From Lama guanicoe (Eukaryota): 64,000 bases of DNA. This document shows, piece after piece, positions 12,721 through 24,772 of the stretch. How positions within the stretch are numbered: the first letter of the stretch is position 1; each line of letters begins with the position of its first letter. A program made the position numbers and the translations under genes. The notes under the pieces were generated by a model. The model was not told the DNA's origin. It saw only the letters and a list, made by a program, of their open reading frames with translations, and did no database searches. The stretch covers positions 5,033,757 through 5,097,756 of the forward strand of contig MU054187.1 of the NCBI GenBank assembly GCA_013239625.1. The letters are read 5' to 3'.

Positions 12721-15394
12721 TGTAACTTCCACAGTGCTCAAGTCTCCATAGCTCCAATTAGAGGTCCCCCAAGCCCGCCCCAATGTAATTCAGGAGGCTC
12801 TGTCCCTGGGCCAGAGCCAGAGAGGTCCTGCCTTCCCCAGAGTCTGTGCACAAGGGCTGATGGCATACCCCAGGGCTGTGGAGGAGTACGGCCTGCTGGA
12901 GAGGACCGTCCCCAGGCGTCCCTGCGGCTTCTGTAAAGAAGTCCCTTAAGCCGAACAGCCAGCCACGATTTGTTGCAACGTTACCGCAGCTTGGAAGTAG
13001 CGCCTTGCGTTTTGTTCTTCCTGCCGCCCTGCCGTGGTCCTTGCTCCCTCACCCTGGATCCCCTGGGCCTGCACTCCCAGCATTAACACGTTACCTTTCA
13101 GTACAGGCCCTGCTTTCTGGGCCACTTGGACCAACACAACGCCCAGTGAGTGGCCCTCGGTGACTAAGTGTCAGCTCCCAACAGCAGTGTTACATTTCAT
13201 CCCACCTTTATTCTGCTTTCATTACATTATTGAGACATTAATCCTCTTTTAAGTTTCAATGCAGAGACAGAAACAAATTTATGAAATAGTAATAAATAGA
13301 AGAACTAAGTTTTTCCAATTTCATGAAAATATCACCCCGTTTGAAGAAAAAAAAATTGCAAGTTTCTAGAAAACTTCATTAACCCTAAACTCCCAAACAC
13401 AAAGAAATCCACTTTCATTGTACATTACTTAAGAAAGAAAAGCATGTGTGGCTAAAAGCTGAACTCTCGCTCCAAGCCCATTCTGGCACAGTTAATGGAG
13501 ATAACGTTAACCAAGTCAAAACACATGTGACACTCGACACTGGTTTTTACTAAAAGGCCTCCACAAGGGGTCCGCTATCAGAAAACCAGGAGTGATGATT
13601 TCTGATTCCATGTAGGAGTCTTGTTTTTGAAATGAACTTCCACGTAATTTTTGAATGTCTACAAAGCAAAAAAGCTATAGAACTGTAGGATGTCATTGAA
13701 GCTCAGTGTAGTTTCAAATGATTAGTTCAGGACATTCCTCTGACTTGTCATGTCGTAGACAAATTTTCTGAATCCATCTCCTCAGAGGACAATTTGAGAA
13801 GAACATTCAGACTTGCTGGCAATCCCTGCCTGCACTCACTTGTTTCCACATCACATCAGCTCTCACCTCATTTACCACGGTACCTAAATCCCTCCTGGAT
13901 GTGGAATGAAAAGTATGAAAGTCATTACTTTTGGGGGTTGGCACTTTTATTTCTAGTATTCCTTTTTAAGCACAGTGAACATTTTTCAGGATCTGACACA
14001 CAGACAAAAAGGTGAGAATATTTTTACACAGGTTTGGTCTGGAAGAGCATGCTCTGTTCTGGGAACCTCAAAACAAGAAACATGTCAGAGGCTAGGAGTT
14101 CAGAGCACTGAAAAGGTTCTGCGACTTGAATGACAGATGTCGAAAAAGATTAACAGAGAAGTTACACTGGTTAGGTGACAACTGAGTGGGATGAAAAGTT
14201 AAAAAAAAATTTGAGGACGAGCAATTACTGAATAATTGTGAGATTAAAAGTGGTCGCACCAAATAAAAATACAAATAGGAAGGTACAGAATTATTAAAAC
14301 GGAGAGTCTCACTTCCCTATTATTATTACTCAGAAAATAACATTGAAACTAAGTGTAACAATAACACGACAGGAATAGACTTCTGGTCATTAAAGCTCCT
14401 AATGGGAGGGCAGGTGCTGAAATAAATATATTTCGGTACATTCAGGGTGAACCCGACCAATTAGCAACACAAGAAATTCCGTTTAGAGCTACACCATTTC
14501 CTTTCTGAGATCATACCTGACATTTCTTTTTTTCAGGTTCCAGAGAGTTTCTGTTTTCTAAATGAAAACATAATGACATTTTAAAGAAATGGATTAAATC
14601 TTTCAAGTCACTTAGTGTAAGTCTGTCCGTTAGGAAAGGAGGTGACTTCAGGTCTTTGCAAAGACCTGAGAAGTCACTCGATCCATCATTTATATTAAGA
14701 GAAGAATAACGTTTGAATCTTCTTTAACATCTACAAACACTATACAGTTGCATCTATTTTTGGTTCTCCTTTCTCTGCAGACTTATCCACAGTTTTTTAT
14801 GAAGATTAGGGTATAATTTGCCCTGCTTTACCTTAAGGCTTCCTGCACAAGGTATGTCCTTCCCAAGGCATGTTCATCATATGTATTTTATAGCATTTCG
14901 AGTCCTAAGTTTCTTCCTACTGTCTTCACGTTCACAGTAGTTCCAACTGCTCCCCCGGGTCATTCTCCCACTCCCATCGGAATTTTTTTGTTGGTCACAT
15001 TCTCCCCAATACTTCATCCTCCCTTTTGACAACATCCTTTTTGTGGCATGATATGGTGCCAGAAACATGTCAGATCAGAAACAGGAAGTCTTGTTGCTGG
15101 AAATCGCATGCCTGCTTCCACTCAAAGCGTTATTTATGCTGCATGGTGAGGAGTGACTGGTTTCCTTTGTTTTTGGTTTTTTTTTTCTGGAATGGCACCA
15201 TATGATGCTCTTTTGCTGAAAAAATGAGAGAATATCACTGCGTGGTACTATCAGGGGCGAACCATCTCGCAGGGTCTTGCTGGTACAGTAAAATGTAACG
15301 GTAATCAACAGATAAAAATGTGGTAATCATTCATTCACCCAACAAATGCTCATTGTGCACCCACGGTGCAGCAGCAACCAGTACTTTCTCTATG

Positions 15395-15545
15395 CTTAGT
15401 GTACGTCGGGGCACACGTGCATTCGCTCATTCAATCCCCACAACCCTGAGGCAGCCAGTGTTCACGTCCTTTTACCAACAAGGAAACTGAGCCTTAAAGA
15501 ACTAAGTCACTAGGAAGGGGTAGAGCGGAGCCTCAGTTCCAGGGC
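15395..15545 (-). mobile_element. MIR SINE
   Basis: cattcaatccccacaaccctgag...aaggaaactgagccttaaagaactaagtcac. Confidence 0.6.
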
Positions 15546-15839
15546 TGTTTGAGGGCAGAAAAGTACTTAATAGGAGAACATTTGCTGAAAGGGAAACGAC
15601 ACCCTTGCAAAAGAAAGAGGGTCAGTCAACATGGAAGTTTCAGGGATCCCAAAGTGACTGTAGAACTAGTGAGTATCGATCATAACCGATTCATTGGCTA
15701 TCAGGACAGCAGACCTCGTTCTATTACTTTAGTGCCAATACCGCTGAATGGCAATGGGTACTTGCTGTAAATACATACTCTGGTCCAAGGTCAGCTCTAC
15801 TGGGACCAGAGCAGTCGCTACGGTCAGAAAGTGTGTCAG

Positions 15840-16025
15840 GAAGACCACAGAGTCGAATGATCCAGAGTGGGGTTTGAGACCCATCTTCCCACTCAATAGC
15901 CGTGAACTTGGGAAGACACAGCCTCTGTGAGCCTCAGTGGCCCTGTCACAGGACTGTCATGGAAATCGGACCTCCCTGGGGAAGCACCTGGCACAATGCT
16001 CTTGTCTGACCGATACTCAAAGCAC
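15840..16025 (+). mobile_element. MIR SINE
   Basis: gggtttgagaccc...aatagccgtgaacttgggaagacacagcctctgtgagcctcag. Confidence 0.6.
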
Positions 16026-16089
16026 ATCCCTTTTTCCTTTTACTGCTTGGTGACCTAGACTGAGCCAGACAGGGGACATTCAGTCTTCC

Positions 16090-16795
16090 CTCTCCCTCCT
16101 CCACTGCTTAAAATCCTTCTGTGCTCCCTAAGGTTTTTAAGGCAAACTCCAACTGCCCTTGTTTAGAACGTGAGGTCCTTCACGATGCCTGGTGCCCACG
16201 CTACACGGCCAGTGCCAGCGCCATGCCAGTGTGAAGTACGTTTAGCATCACTCCCGTCCGTGGCTCCTGTCACCCCATAGTTCACCCTTGCTTCGTGACT
16301 GACACAAGGCCGACAGATGCCTGCCTCTCTTCCTCCCCCTCAGTTCCTCTGCTTGGAACACCTTTCTACGTCCGGCTCCCTGTTAGTTCCCTCTCGATTT
16401 TCTGCTAATAAGATGATCACAGAATTGATCAACCAACTTGGAACACGTCTGGGAGTGAAGGGAGGTACTATTACTAAGTATGATTGAACAACAGGCATAA
16501 CCGTGGACTCCCCCAGGTAAGAAGACTCTTCCCGCCAGAAGGTGAGCCTTCCCTGACACCACTGATGATACGCTGGGTCCCGTCTCTGTGCCTCGGTAAG
16601 TTCTCCACGGCATCTGTGCTCACCGCAGCCTGTCCCATTGTACTGTCATTGTCATGGGCTACCTCTCTCCCACATCAGACTATGAACTGGAGAGGGCAGG
16701 GGCCTTCCTATCTATTTTTCTATCCCCAGCACTTAGCACATGCCACACACACAGTATTTACTAAGTAATATGAAATGAACGATTAAATACATCCA
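16090..16795 (+). mobile_element. L2 3' region, interrupted by a MER81-like element
   Basis: ctgcttaaaatccttctgtgctccc...gagccttccctgac...cagactatgaactggagagggcaggg...ccccagcacttagcaca...atgaaatgaacga typical L2 3' end. Confidence 0.7.
16409..16520 (+). mobile_element. MER81-like hAT-Blackjack DNA transposon remnant
   Basis: gggagtgaagggaggtactattactaagtatgattgaacaacaggcataaccgtggact resembles recalled consensus GAGAGTGAAAGGGGGCGCTATTAATAATTACGCCGGGACAACAGGCGTAAACCGGGACT. Confidence 0.55.
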
Positions 16796-16962
16796 GTGCA
16801 ATACTGTGAGAACTGACAGCGTTTCAGGAACCCCACCATTCTGTTATTCTGCAGTTACATTTATTCCACGTGCTTTCATTCCCAAATCAGCCTCCATCCC
16901 TGACGGTAACTGATCCTCCATGGGCACTGGGCAAAAGCTTCTGTAAACCAGATCACACTCAC

Positions 16963-17488
16963 TTTCCATTTCTTCCTGTTCTCTTGGGACGGAAATTTTT
17001 TCAGTCACTCTAATTTGGATAATTTGAGAAGCTCATTTTACGAGCGCTCAGGTCACAGTGAAAACCTTCATGGTACCAAACAGACAAGTCCAGGTCCGGC
17101 AAGCAGGCTGTGCCCATGATGCTCCAGATCACACTGATTTATTTCTTCACACTGACGTCCACCTGCTGGTGAACACGCTGTGCTCTGAACCATCTCCAGA
17201 TCTGTATCAGCAAACTAACGAAAAGCTGACTGGATTGGCAGACAGAGCGCCATTCACTCCTCCCTTTCCCCCACGTCGCTTGTGAGTAATTCAGGGCCGC
17301 TGGTTCCCTCGCAGGTACGGCAGAATAGCAGAATTTAGGAGATTCCATCCCAGAGCGGATTTGAAATAAGAAGACCCAGTTAGGAGCCTCGGTTTTGACA
17401 CCTCCTGGAAGGTTGGTCTGGGGAATGAGAGTAAGAATATACTTCCTTCTTGTTATTATTTCAGCTTCAGTGAGATATGCGAAAGCAC
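16963..17488 (-). other. Candidate alternative non-coding exon (acceptor at 17488 or 17201)
   Basis: Donor GAAATGGAAA|gtgagt at 16962; acceptors tttccaactcacag|GTGC (17488) or tttgctgatacag|ATCTGG (17201). Confidence 0.35.
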
Positions 17489-19088
17489 CTGTGAGTTGGA
17501 AAGCACTGAACATACAATCCCTGTGCTGGCTGGAAACCACGGCACTGCCTCCCTTACGGCAAGTTCATTTGATTGTTTTCATCATTAGCTGGAAAGATCA
17601 ATAGGCAGAAAGTTGTGCAGAATCAGGCTAAATGCGCCCTAAAGTAGCCTCCAAAGAGGTCTTTAATATGGAAAATGATGTGTAGACACTATTTTGTTGT
17701 CATTGAATACAGAAGTGCAGAGTCCTACCTTAAATATTAAGTAAAAGAAAAGCAATGGAGTGGAAAAAAGAAAACAGCAGTGTAATTACCAAATCAACGA
17801 AAACCTTGTTGAGCATCACGTATGTTATGTGCATGTAAGCATGTACACGCATGTTTTCTACAGACGTGCACATTTATTTACCATGTGTCGGTGTAAAATG
17901 TTTTTCTCCTGAAGTGTTTTTATGTTTGGCTTTTACTTATTTTCAATGACAAAAGGAAGAAGCTATTACGGTGCAGTGTTACAAACTGTCACACAAAACC
18001 GCAGGAGAAACTGTCGGAAAATGCAAAGCTTAATGAATCTTCTCTTAATTCACAGAGAAAGTATTACCCAGTCATGGTAAGCTACACCATATCACATTCA
18101 CTAAAATTGCCTCAGGTAGATTTATTGTCATAAAATAAAGATTTTAGGCAGTTTTTGGCATGAAAAATGTAATGTTATACTTAAATATTAAATATGTAGC
18201 AGGATAATCTAGGTCTCCTATAGGATTTTACTTTCCATAGCTTATTAGCTTTACGCATTAAATTATCCGTAAGAGACAATGGCTCATTGTATTTTATGGA
18301 ACTATATATAGCAATTTTTGTTCCAGTCCAATAATTGCATAATCTAGTTAGATACTTAAGCTGTTTCACTAATCAGTTAATGTTCCTTATAATGCTCACA
18401 TCAAAGAAATTATGTAATCTCGACTACTCTGTAACCTGTAATTTCACTTTCTGTAAGAAACATTACATTATTAATATCTTTTGCACATTTCATATTTGCT
18501 ATGAAAAATTCTGGCATAATATATTTTGATAACCATTAAGTAAGTTAACATTAATGTTAGATTAAGTAGCTTCAGGATTTCTTGTTTGAAATGCTTTCTG
18601 AGTAGTTCTGAGCAGAACGTACACGTTTGAGATAAATCTAATGAGTCTTGTCACCAAGAAATCCTTCGACATTACTTGAGACATTAAACTTGAGACAAAT
18701 AATTTAAACACATACTGAAGTAAGAATTGGATGGAAACTGAACCTTAGAGTAAGATCAAATGATCTAAGATAGATTTTTATTTTAAAAGCAGAATGATAA
18801 TGCCTTTTCTTCAGAGCGACCACGACTTTCCTCCGAAAGTTCTCTTATAGCGTCTGTTCCCCCTCCCACATAATGTAGGCAACAAAGCTCTTGGGACACA
18901 GGACTGGAAAATATCCTGCATCTAATATTTAAAGTCCATATTTTATAATACCCTTACTGTATACCATTTTCAGGCAGTGAAACTGCATTTGTAATAATCC
19001 ATTTGTATTAGTGGTTCCAAAGCTAATGGAGTTTCTCAAAACGTGTACACTCGAACTTTTATGTAGAATTTTAAAAACTGTACTTTTT

Positions 19089-19176
19089 GTTGTATTTTAA
19101 TGGAGGTGCTGGGGATTGAACTCAGGACCTTGTGCATGCTAAGCGTGAACGCTACCACTGAGCTATCCCTATCCCC
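19089..19176 (-). mobile_element. Camelid tRNA-derived SINE (Vic-1-like), short tail
   Basis: Reverse complement reads GGGGATAGGGATAGCTCAGTGGTAGCGTTCACGCTTAGCATGCACAAGGTCCTGAGTTCAATCCCCAGCACCTCCA; A and B boxes present; flanked by TSD. Confidence 0.9.
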
Positions 19177-19193
19177 TTAAAATTGTACTTTTT

Positions 19194-19331
19194 AGTGTGT
19201 TGGTTTTTTTTTTTTTTGAGGGGGTAATTTGGTTTATCCATTTATTTATTTTTAGAGGAGGTGCTGGAGATTGGACCCAGGACCTCATGCATGCTAAGCA
19301 TGTGCTCTACCACTTGAGCTACACCCTCCCC
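19194..19331 (-). mobile_element. Camelid tRNA-derived SINE (Vic-1-like), long tail
   Basis: Reverse complement reads GGGGAGGGTGTAGCTCAAGTGGTAGAGCACATGCTTAGCATGCATGAGGTCCTGGGTCCAATCTCCAGCACCTCC plus A-rich tail. Confidence 0.9.
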
Positions 19332-19708
19332 TACTAAAATGGTACTTTTTAAAACAGTATGTTTTCACCCTGATTCTCAGAAACGAAAAGGCTTGTGGAT
19401 ATGCATTTTGGAGAAAGCCTGTGAGGTTCCATGCATTTCACCCATGAGCAATCTCTGAAGACTGTTTTGAAACGTTCCTTAAGGTGAGAGGGTGACTTAA
19501 TGAAGGGTTTCTGAAATGCCAACTATAGCCACCAAGTGGTTTAAGCAATTCCATGATTTAGACAGTTATTTAGCAGTTCCTTGGATCTTTTTGGAGTCAA
19601 TATTTTGTTTTGATTATATTTTTTCAGTTGTTTGGCCTTAGCTTTGCTCATTCTATTTAATAATATCATGACAGACACACAATGAATGCAGCCTGCATCT
19701 TCTATCGG

Positions 19709-19895
19709 AGCAGCTCTCAGCTGGGGGCAATTCTGTCTCCTCACTTTTTGACCATTATGACTGACGGGGGCTACTGGCATCCAGTTGGTAGAGGCCAGGG
19801 ATGCCTCTGCACATCCTACACTGCACAGGGCGGCCCCCTGAAAAAGAATTATCCGGCCCCACTGTCAACAGTGCTGCTAGTGAGAAATTCTGGTC
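19709..19895. mobile_element. MER20 (hAT-Charlie) DNA transposon
   Basis: ctactggcatccagttggtagaggccagggatgcc...catcctacactgcacagg...aagaattatccggccccactgtcaacagtgc. Confidence 0.85.
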
Positions 19896-20169
19896 TACGA
19901 AATGGGTTGAGTTTGAGGTTCTGGTGTTTTTCATGACAAATTGTGACATGAGAGTTAAGATCAACTATGAAAAGATTCACTTAAGTAATAAAGGTAACTC
20001 AAATACTAAATCAATTCATCAATTTTTAAAAATCATTTAGTTATGTCCTAAATAGTTCGTACAATGCAATGTAAGTACCCAACTCTTATGGGGCTGATAG
20101 CACTACTCCAGGTGCTTTGGTACAGGGTTCAAAACAAGAATTAAAAAGCCCTCATCTTCCCACACTTAC

Positions 20170-20304
20170 AATTCCATTTCTTCAAAATAAACATACTCTG
20201 TATTCCTTAAACTTTGGAGGTAACGGTTACTCTGGGTAACTCCAGAGTAACAAAATAAATTCTTCAAGCTACACATGAAAACTGCCACTTGCCACGAGTA
20301 AAAT
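20170..20304 (-). other. CSGALNACT1: Non-coding (5'-UTR) exon, 135 nt, containing three uATGs
   Basis: Minus strand: acceptor tttcttagtgcttttag|ATTTTACTCG and donor GAAATGGAATT|gtaagt; a weaker alternative acceptor (tggcag|) would start the exon at 20281. Confidence 0.7.
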
Positions 20305-21382
20305 CTAAAAGCACTAAGAAACATCAGTGATTTGTTAATTAGGATTCTATTTATCCTTTCATGCACCAAACTAATTATTTGTTTGCAAGATGTTGCATCT
20401 TCATTAAAACCATTAATATTCTGAGTAGATGGCAGTAATAATGTTATAAATGACAATGGAATTTCATCCCTGTGTTCCTAGCACAATGAATATTCCCACA
20501 TGATATTGTCTGTCTAATAAGGGCAGGTTTTTTTTTTTTAAGTAACAAAAAGCAGTTATATCTAATTCATAGTATCCATTATTTTCCAAGCAGTCTTCCT
20601 GGATATCAAGGAGGCACATATATTATTCTTTGATAGATACATATGTAATATGTGTATGTAATACTGGAGAGAGGACAGACACTATCAAACCATAGAATAT
20701 ATTAAAACAATATAAAGCCATCTCTTCAATTTTTCTAAGGAAGAAGAGTCTAAGACCAGATTGTCTTCTAAAAAAGCAAGAGCAAGTAATTTAAAATTAA
20801 TTAGTAAGTCCTCTGACTTTGGAAAGTATTCTGTATTTTTTAGGCAGCATGTGTATCTCCCCAATCATGACGTAACTGGTTAATGGCTTTGAGTTTCATG
20901 CATTTAGAATGTGATGGTTGGGCACGGAGGGAGGTGTGACAGGGATGTTCAGAGCAGCTAAGGGACATCAACATGGGATTTTAGATGGCCCCAGGCAATT
21001 CACAAAGTAGATGGTCTTCCCAATGGACAATGGGAAGTCAGAAAGAGCAGCCTAGAGCCACCTCAGTTTGAGTGGAATCTGAAGACAGAGCACATTAGAA
21101 GTGTTCAGAGAAAAAACATTGACATTAGGCAGAACTCTGGGAGAAGACGGTCAGGGTTCTCCTTCACACCTTGACATGGTAGATACTCTGTGCTGCTGGG
21201 GCCCACTTTTCAAACCGGTTAATGAATGAGGTGAAGCATATGGATGCAAAGTACTCAGGTAATCTTAGAGGAAATCAACTACCCGAATGTGTATAAATAT
21301 TTAAATACTATTCCCTCCTAGACAGAAAGTATACATAATAGATTTGCTTTTTAAAATAGCATATCATTTAGCTTTTTTAGAA

Positions 21383-21673
21383 TTAATAAACTTTACTTTA
21401 TAGAGCTGTTTTAAGTTCACAGCAAAACTGAGTACAAAGTGCAGAGTTCTCTCCCCCGCACCCCGCCAGGTCCCCACACGAGCACAGCTGCCCCCACTCC
21501 CGACGTCCCTCACCACAGCGGTACGCGCTTGTTACAGCCGTGGGCCCTGCACCGACACGCCATCCCCACCCAAAGTCCACGGCTTACATAGGGTTCGCGC
21601 TCAGTGCCGTGCATTTTATGGTTTGGGACAAATGTACAATGCTATGTGCCCACCACTACAGTATTATACAGAA
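21383..21673 (-). mobile_element. L1MC-type LINE-1 3' end
   Basis: tagagctgttttaagttcacagcaaaactgag...cacccaaagtccacggcttacatagggttc...tttgggacaaatgtacaatg...ccaccactacagtattatacagaa. Confidence 0.85.
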
Positions 21674-22571
21674 GCAACAGTCAGTTCAAATATTGGTGGC
21701 TTTTAAAAAATCTGTTTAGGAATTTTTGTCGATACAATTAGAGTTAAGAGGATTCTTTTTAGCCAGTACTGTCTCTGTCTACTTCCCGAAAGCACTACCG
21801 CTAAAAATAAACTCTTGTCTAAACTTCCACTTGCAGTCTTTACCGCGCTGAGAATGAACTGGATTTTTCTTAAATTAACATTAGGGAGGGGTTATGGAAA
21901 ATGATATGCCCATTTAATGCTCTGCTCATTTGACATGATATCTTTCCAGAAATATCTGTAAGTAGATACAGGACTTTACATGGATTAAAATGTCAGCAGT
22001 TGACTCCATAAAGAGGCAATACCACAATTAGACTTCTTGTGCTGTTCCATACTCAAACTGAATTTCTGGGAACGTTTCCAACTATCCCCAACCATCTTTC
22101 TAGGTTAGTGACCAGGAATGTTTGCAAGTGACTAAATTTATATCATTTGAGCAAAAACTTCCATTTGTATTTCAGGCTACGTTGACACAGAACAAAGTAG
22201 AACAGAGAATTGGCAATTATCCTATTAATTTGATGAACGTGGACAGCAGCCGTACCAGATATTTCAAACCACCAGATAGAATTTTTCTTGTCTCAATGAT
22301 CTACTTTGTTAACCAGATAAATGCCAAGTCTCCAACTTCCTTCTGTTCCATATAAAATTACTCACAATTTTTTCAGAATCTCCAGTATCAACTACTTAAG
22401 GGAAATGTATGGATAAATGTATGAATGTAAATGAATGGATATTTTTGTATGAAAGCTGAATTTCTCACTGCATATTGGTGATGCGCAGTGAAACAGAGAA
22501 AGAACGTAGATAGTTACGGCTATTTTTATCCTGCTTCTCAAATGACCAGTATTAAAAAGTAGATTAAAAAG

Positions 22572-22805
22572 CAATGCAGCTAAGATCAACAGCTTTGGAA
22601 CCAGCATGCTTGAGTTCTAATGCTGGCTCTGCCTCTTACTGTATATGGAACCAATGCCTCAGTTTTTCTGTCTGTAAAATGGGGACATGGCAGCCATGAG
22701 AGCATCTATCTCATGGGTCACCATGAGGATTCAATGAGTCTGTTCAAATAAACTGCTTCAAATAGAGCTCTGATCATAGTAAGCCTGAGGATATGTAGCT
22801 ATTTT
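22572..22805 (+). mobile_element. MIR SINE
   Basis: ctggctctgcctcttact...gcctcagtttttctgtctgtaaaatgggga...tgaggattcaatgag. Confidence 0.8.
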
Positions 22806-22959
22806 CCTTATAGCAATCTCACAGTTAAGATTGATTTAGAGATCTTAAATCACTTAACAAAAGATCCTCAGAGATGATGAAATGTTCCAAAGCTGGACAA
22901 CTCTGTAAATTATCATAAACCGTCCCAAAATACGTTGGTCGGCTTGCAGCAGGCTTTTC

Positions 22960-24050
22960 CTAACCACTTATCCACTTGTCTCTTGACCCCCTGAAGGCTG
23001 GTGCTGGCACGTGCACTCCTGACTCTGCTTCTCATTCTCTTTCCCTGGTTCAGAACTGACAGCCAGTCCTGCCCCCCTCTTGACATGCTGACCTCCCCAA
23101 AAGCCTCTTCTCTGCCCCCATGCCCCGCTCCTTCCTCTTGAATGCCCGCAAAGGGGATGGCTCCCCGACCCTATGGATTCTCAGATATCTTTTCAAGAAT
23201 GATTCCTCTGTCTCCATCCAACTTTTCACGTTTCCTCCCTGCTGGCCAGCGTCATAGAAACCTGTCAGCATCTCACACTGTGTTCAAGCTCAACTCTTCT
23301 TCTAAAACTGTTCCTCTGTTTTTATCAAAGGTCCATCTCATGCTCCCTAGTCAATGAGTCTCATCATTTAAATAGATCTCGGGTACTTCTCTCTCCCCTG
23401 TATCCCTAGTCCTGCCGACGATACACCTCAAACGCCCATCCCACTGCTTCAGTCCTGACCTTGGCCTCTGTCACCTCCAGTCCAGACTGCTGCCACAGTC
23501 TTCTAACTGACCTTCCATTACCCAGGCTTCTGCTACTGCATTCCATTCAATATAATTCTGAAAATAATTTTTTTAAATTACAGCTCTGAACACAGTTCTC
23601 CCCGGCTCAAAATATGCCCTGGCTCCTCACTGCCAACTGAATAAAATAAAGTCTTCTTATTCCGATAGCCAGAGCTTCTGCCATCTGCTCTCAGCTCAAG
23701 AAAGCTGGAACCGCTGCCAATCGGAGCTGCTCCCCACGCCCTCCGAGCTCCCCGCCCCCTACCAGCCGCAATTATTCATGTGGATCTTCTGTCTGGGACG
23801 TCATCCTGTATCTCCAAACATCCAGCTTCAACCGTCCTTCTTTTAGAGCCATCCCTGATCCTCAAACCAGTGGCAGTCAACCCTCCTCTGAATCAGAAAA
23901 GTCTCCACTAGCATTTCTCTTACACGGACGCCACAGTCTGCCAGAAACATCTGTGCCATGCGTCTTACTTCATCTACTGGCTTGGAAGGTCCCTGAGAGC
24001 AGAGGCTGTGGACTGTCATCTAGTTCAGCGTCTGTACACACACCGCTGTC
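22960..24050 (+). mobile_element. L2 LINE (degenerate, ~1 kb)
   Basis: Pyrimidine-rich L2 motifs: ccagactgctgccacagtcttctaactgacc, ggctcaaaatatgccctggctcctcactgcc, ctactggcttggaaggtccctgagagcagagg. Confidence 0.7.
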
Positions 24051-24054
24051 TGGT

Positions 24055-24236
24055 TCCTATACACGTTGTGCAGAGAATTCCTTACAGGGCTTGTTAAAAC
24101 AGAAACTACTCGACCCCCACCCCCCCAGTTTCTGAGTCAGTAGGTCATGAAGAGGGCCTGAGAATTTGCGTGTCTGCCAAGTTCTCAGGTGAGGCTGATG
24201 TCGCTGGTCCAGGAACCACACTTTGAGAACCACTGA
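24055..24236. mobile_element. MER5A (hAT-Charlie)
   Basis: gggcttgttaaaacaga...cccagtttctgagtcagtaggt...gggcctgagaatttgc...gctggtccaggaaccacactttgagaaccactg. Confidence 0.9.
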
Positions 24237-24772
24237 CATGAACAGAGTGAAAGCCTCTAGGCTCCGACCGAAATGCCACAAAACTCTGACAAAGCAGACA
24301 AACTTTCTGAGCCCCAAATTCTCCATGTGTAGGAGTGAAATCATGATCCCACTGGTTCTACATACATCAAGGTTGGTAGTTAAAAGTCAATCACTCAACA
24401 TATGTAGCATACCATACAAATAAATGTCCAGTGAATGAGAACAGGTAAGCCAGCCCCCTTGGAAATCCAAATCCATTTTGGTGATCTTTCTCTCAGTGTC
24501 CCTTTCTTCTTTTTCTTTCTTTTGGTATTTGCCTTTTAGTTTATTCTCCAGTGAAATAATCATCTCCCTTTTCTCCTGTAGAGGTTCATCTGTAAAAGTT
24601 GCTACATAAAAGGCCCACGCTACATTCAGGATCAGAAGCAGTGAATAAATTTCACAAATTCTCCACTTGAGTCTGTTTGCAAAGTGCACATGGAAGCAAT
24701 CTGGCCCATCCATTGAAAGATTGCCTTCAGTGGAAATGAATGACTTGGTTCATTCCACACGTCCCTGAAATT

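Noticed and set aside
14832..15068. Minus-strand donor AAG|gtaaag and 63-aa ORF
   Set aside because: No convincing acceptor and no recognisable peptide; cannot be supported from sequence alone
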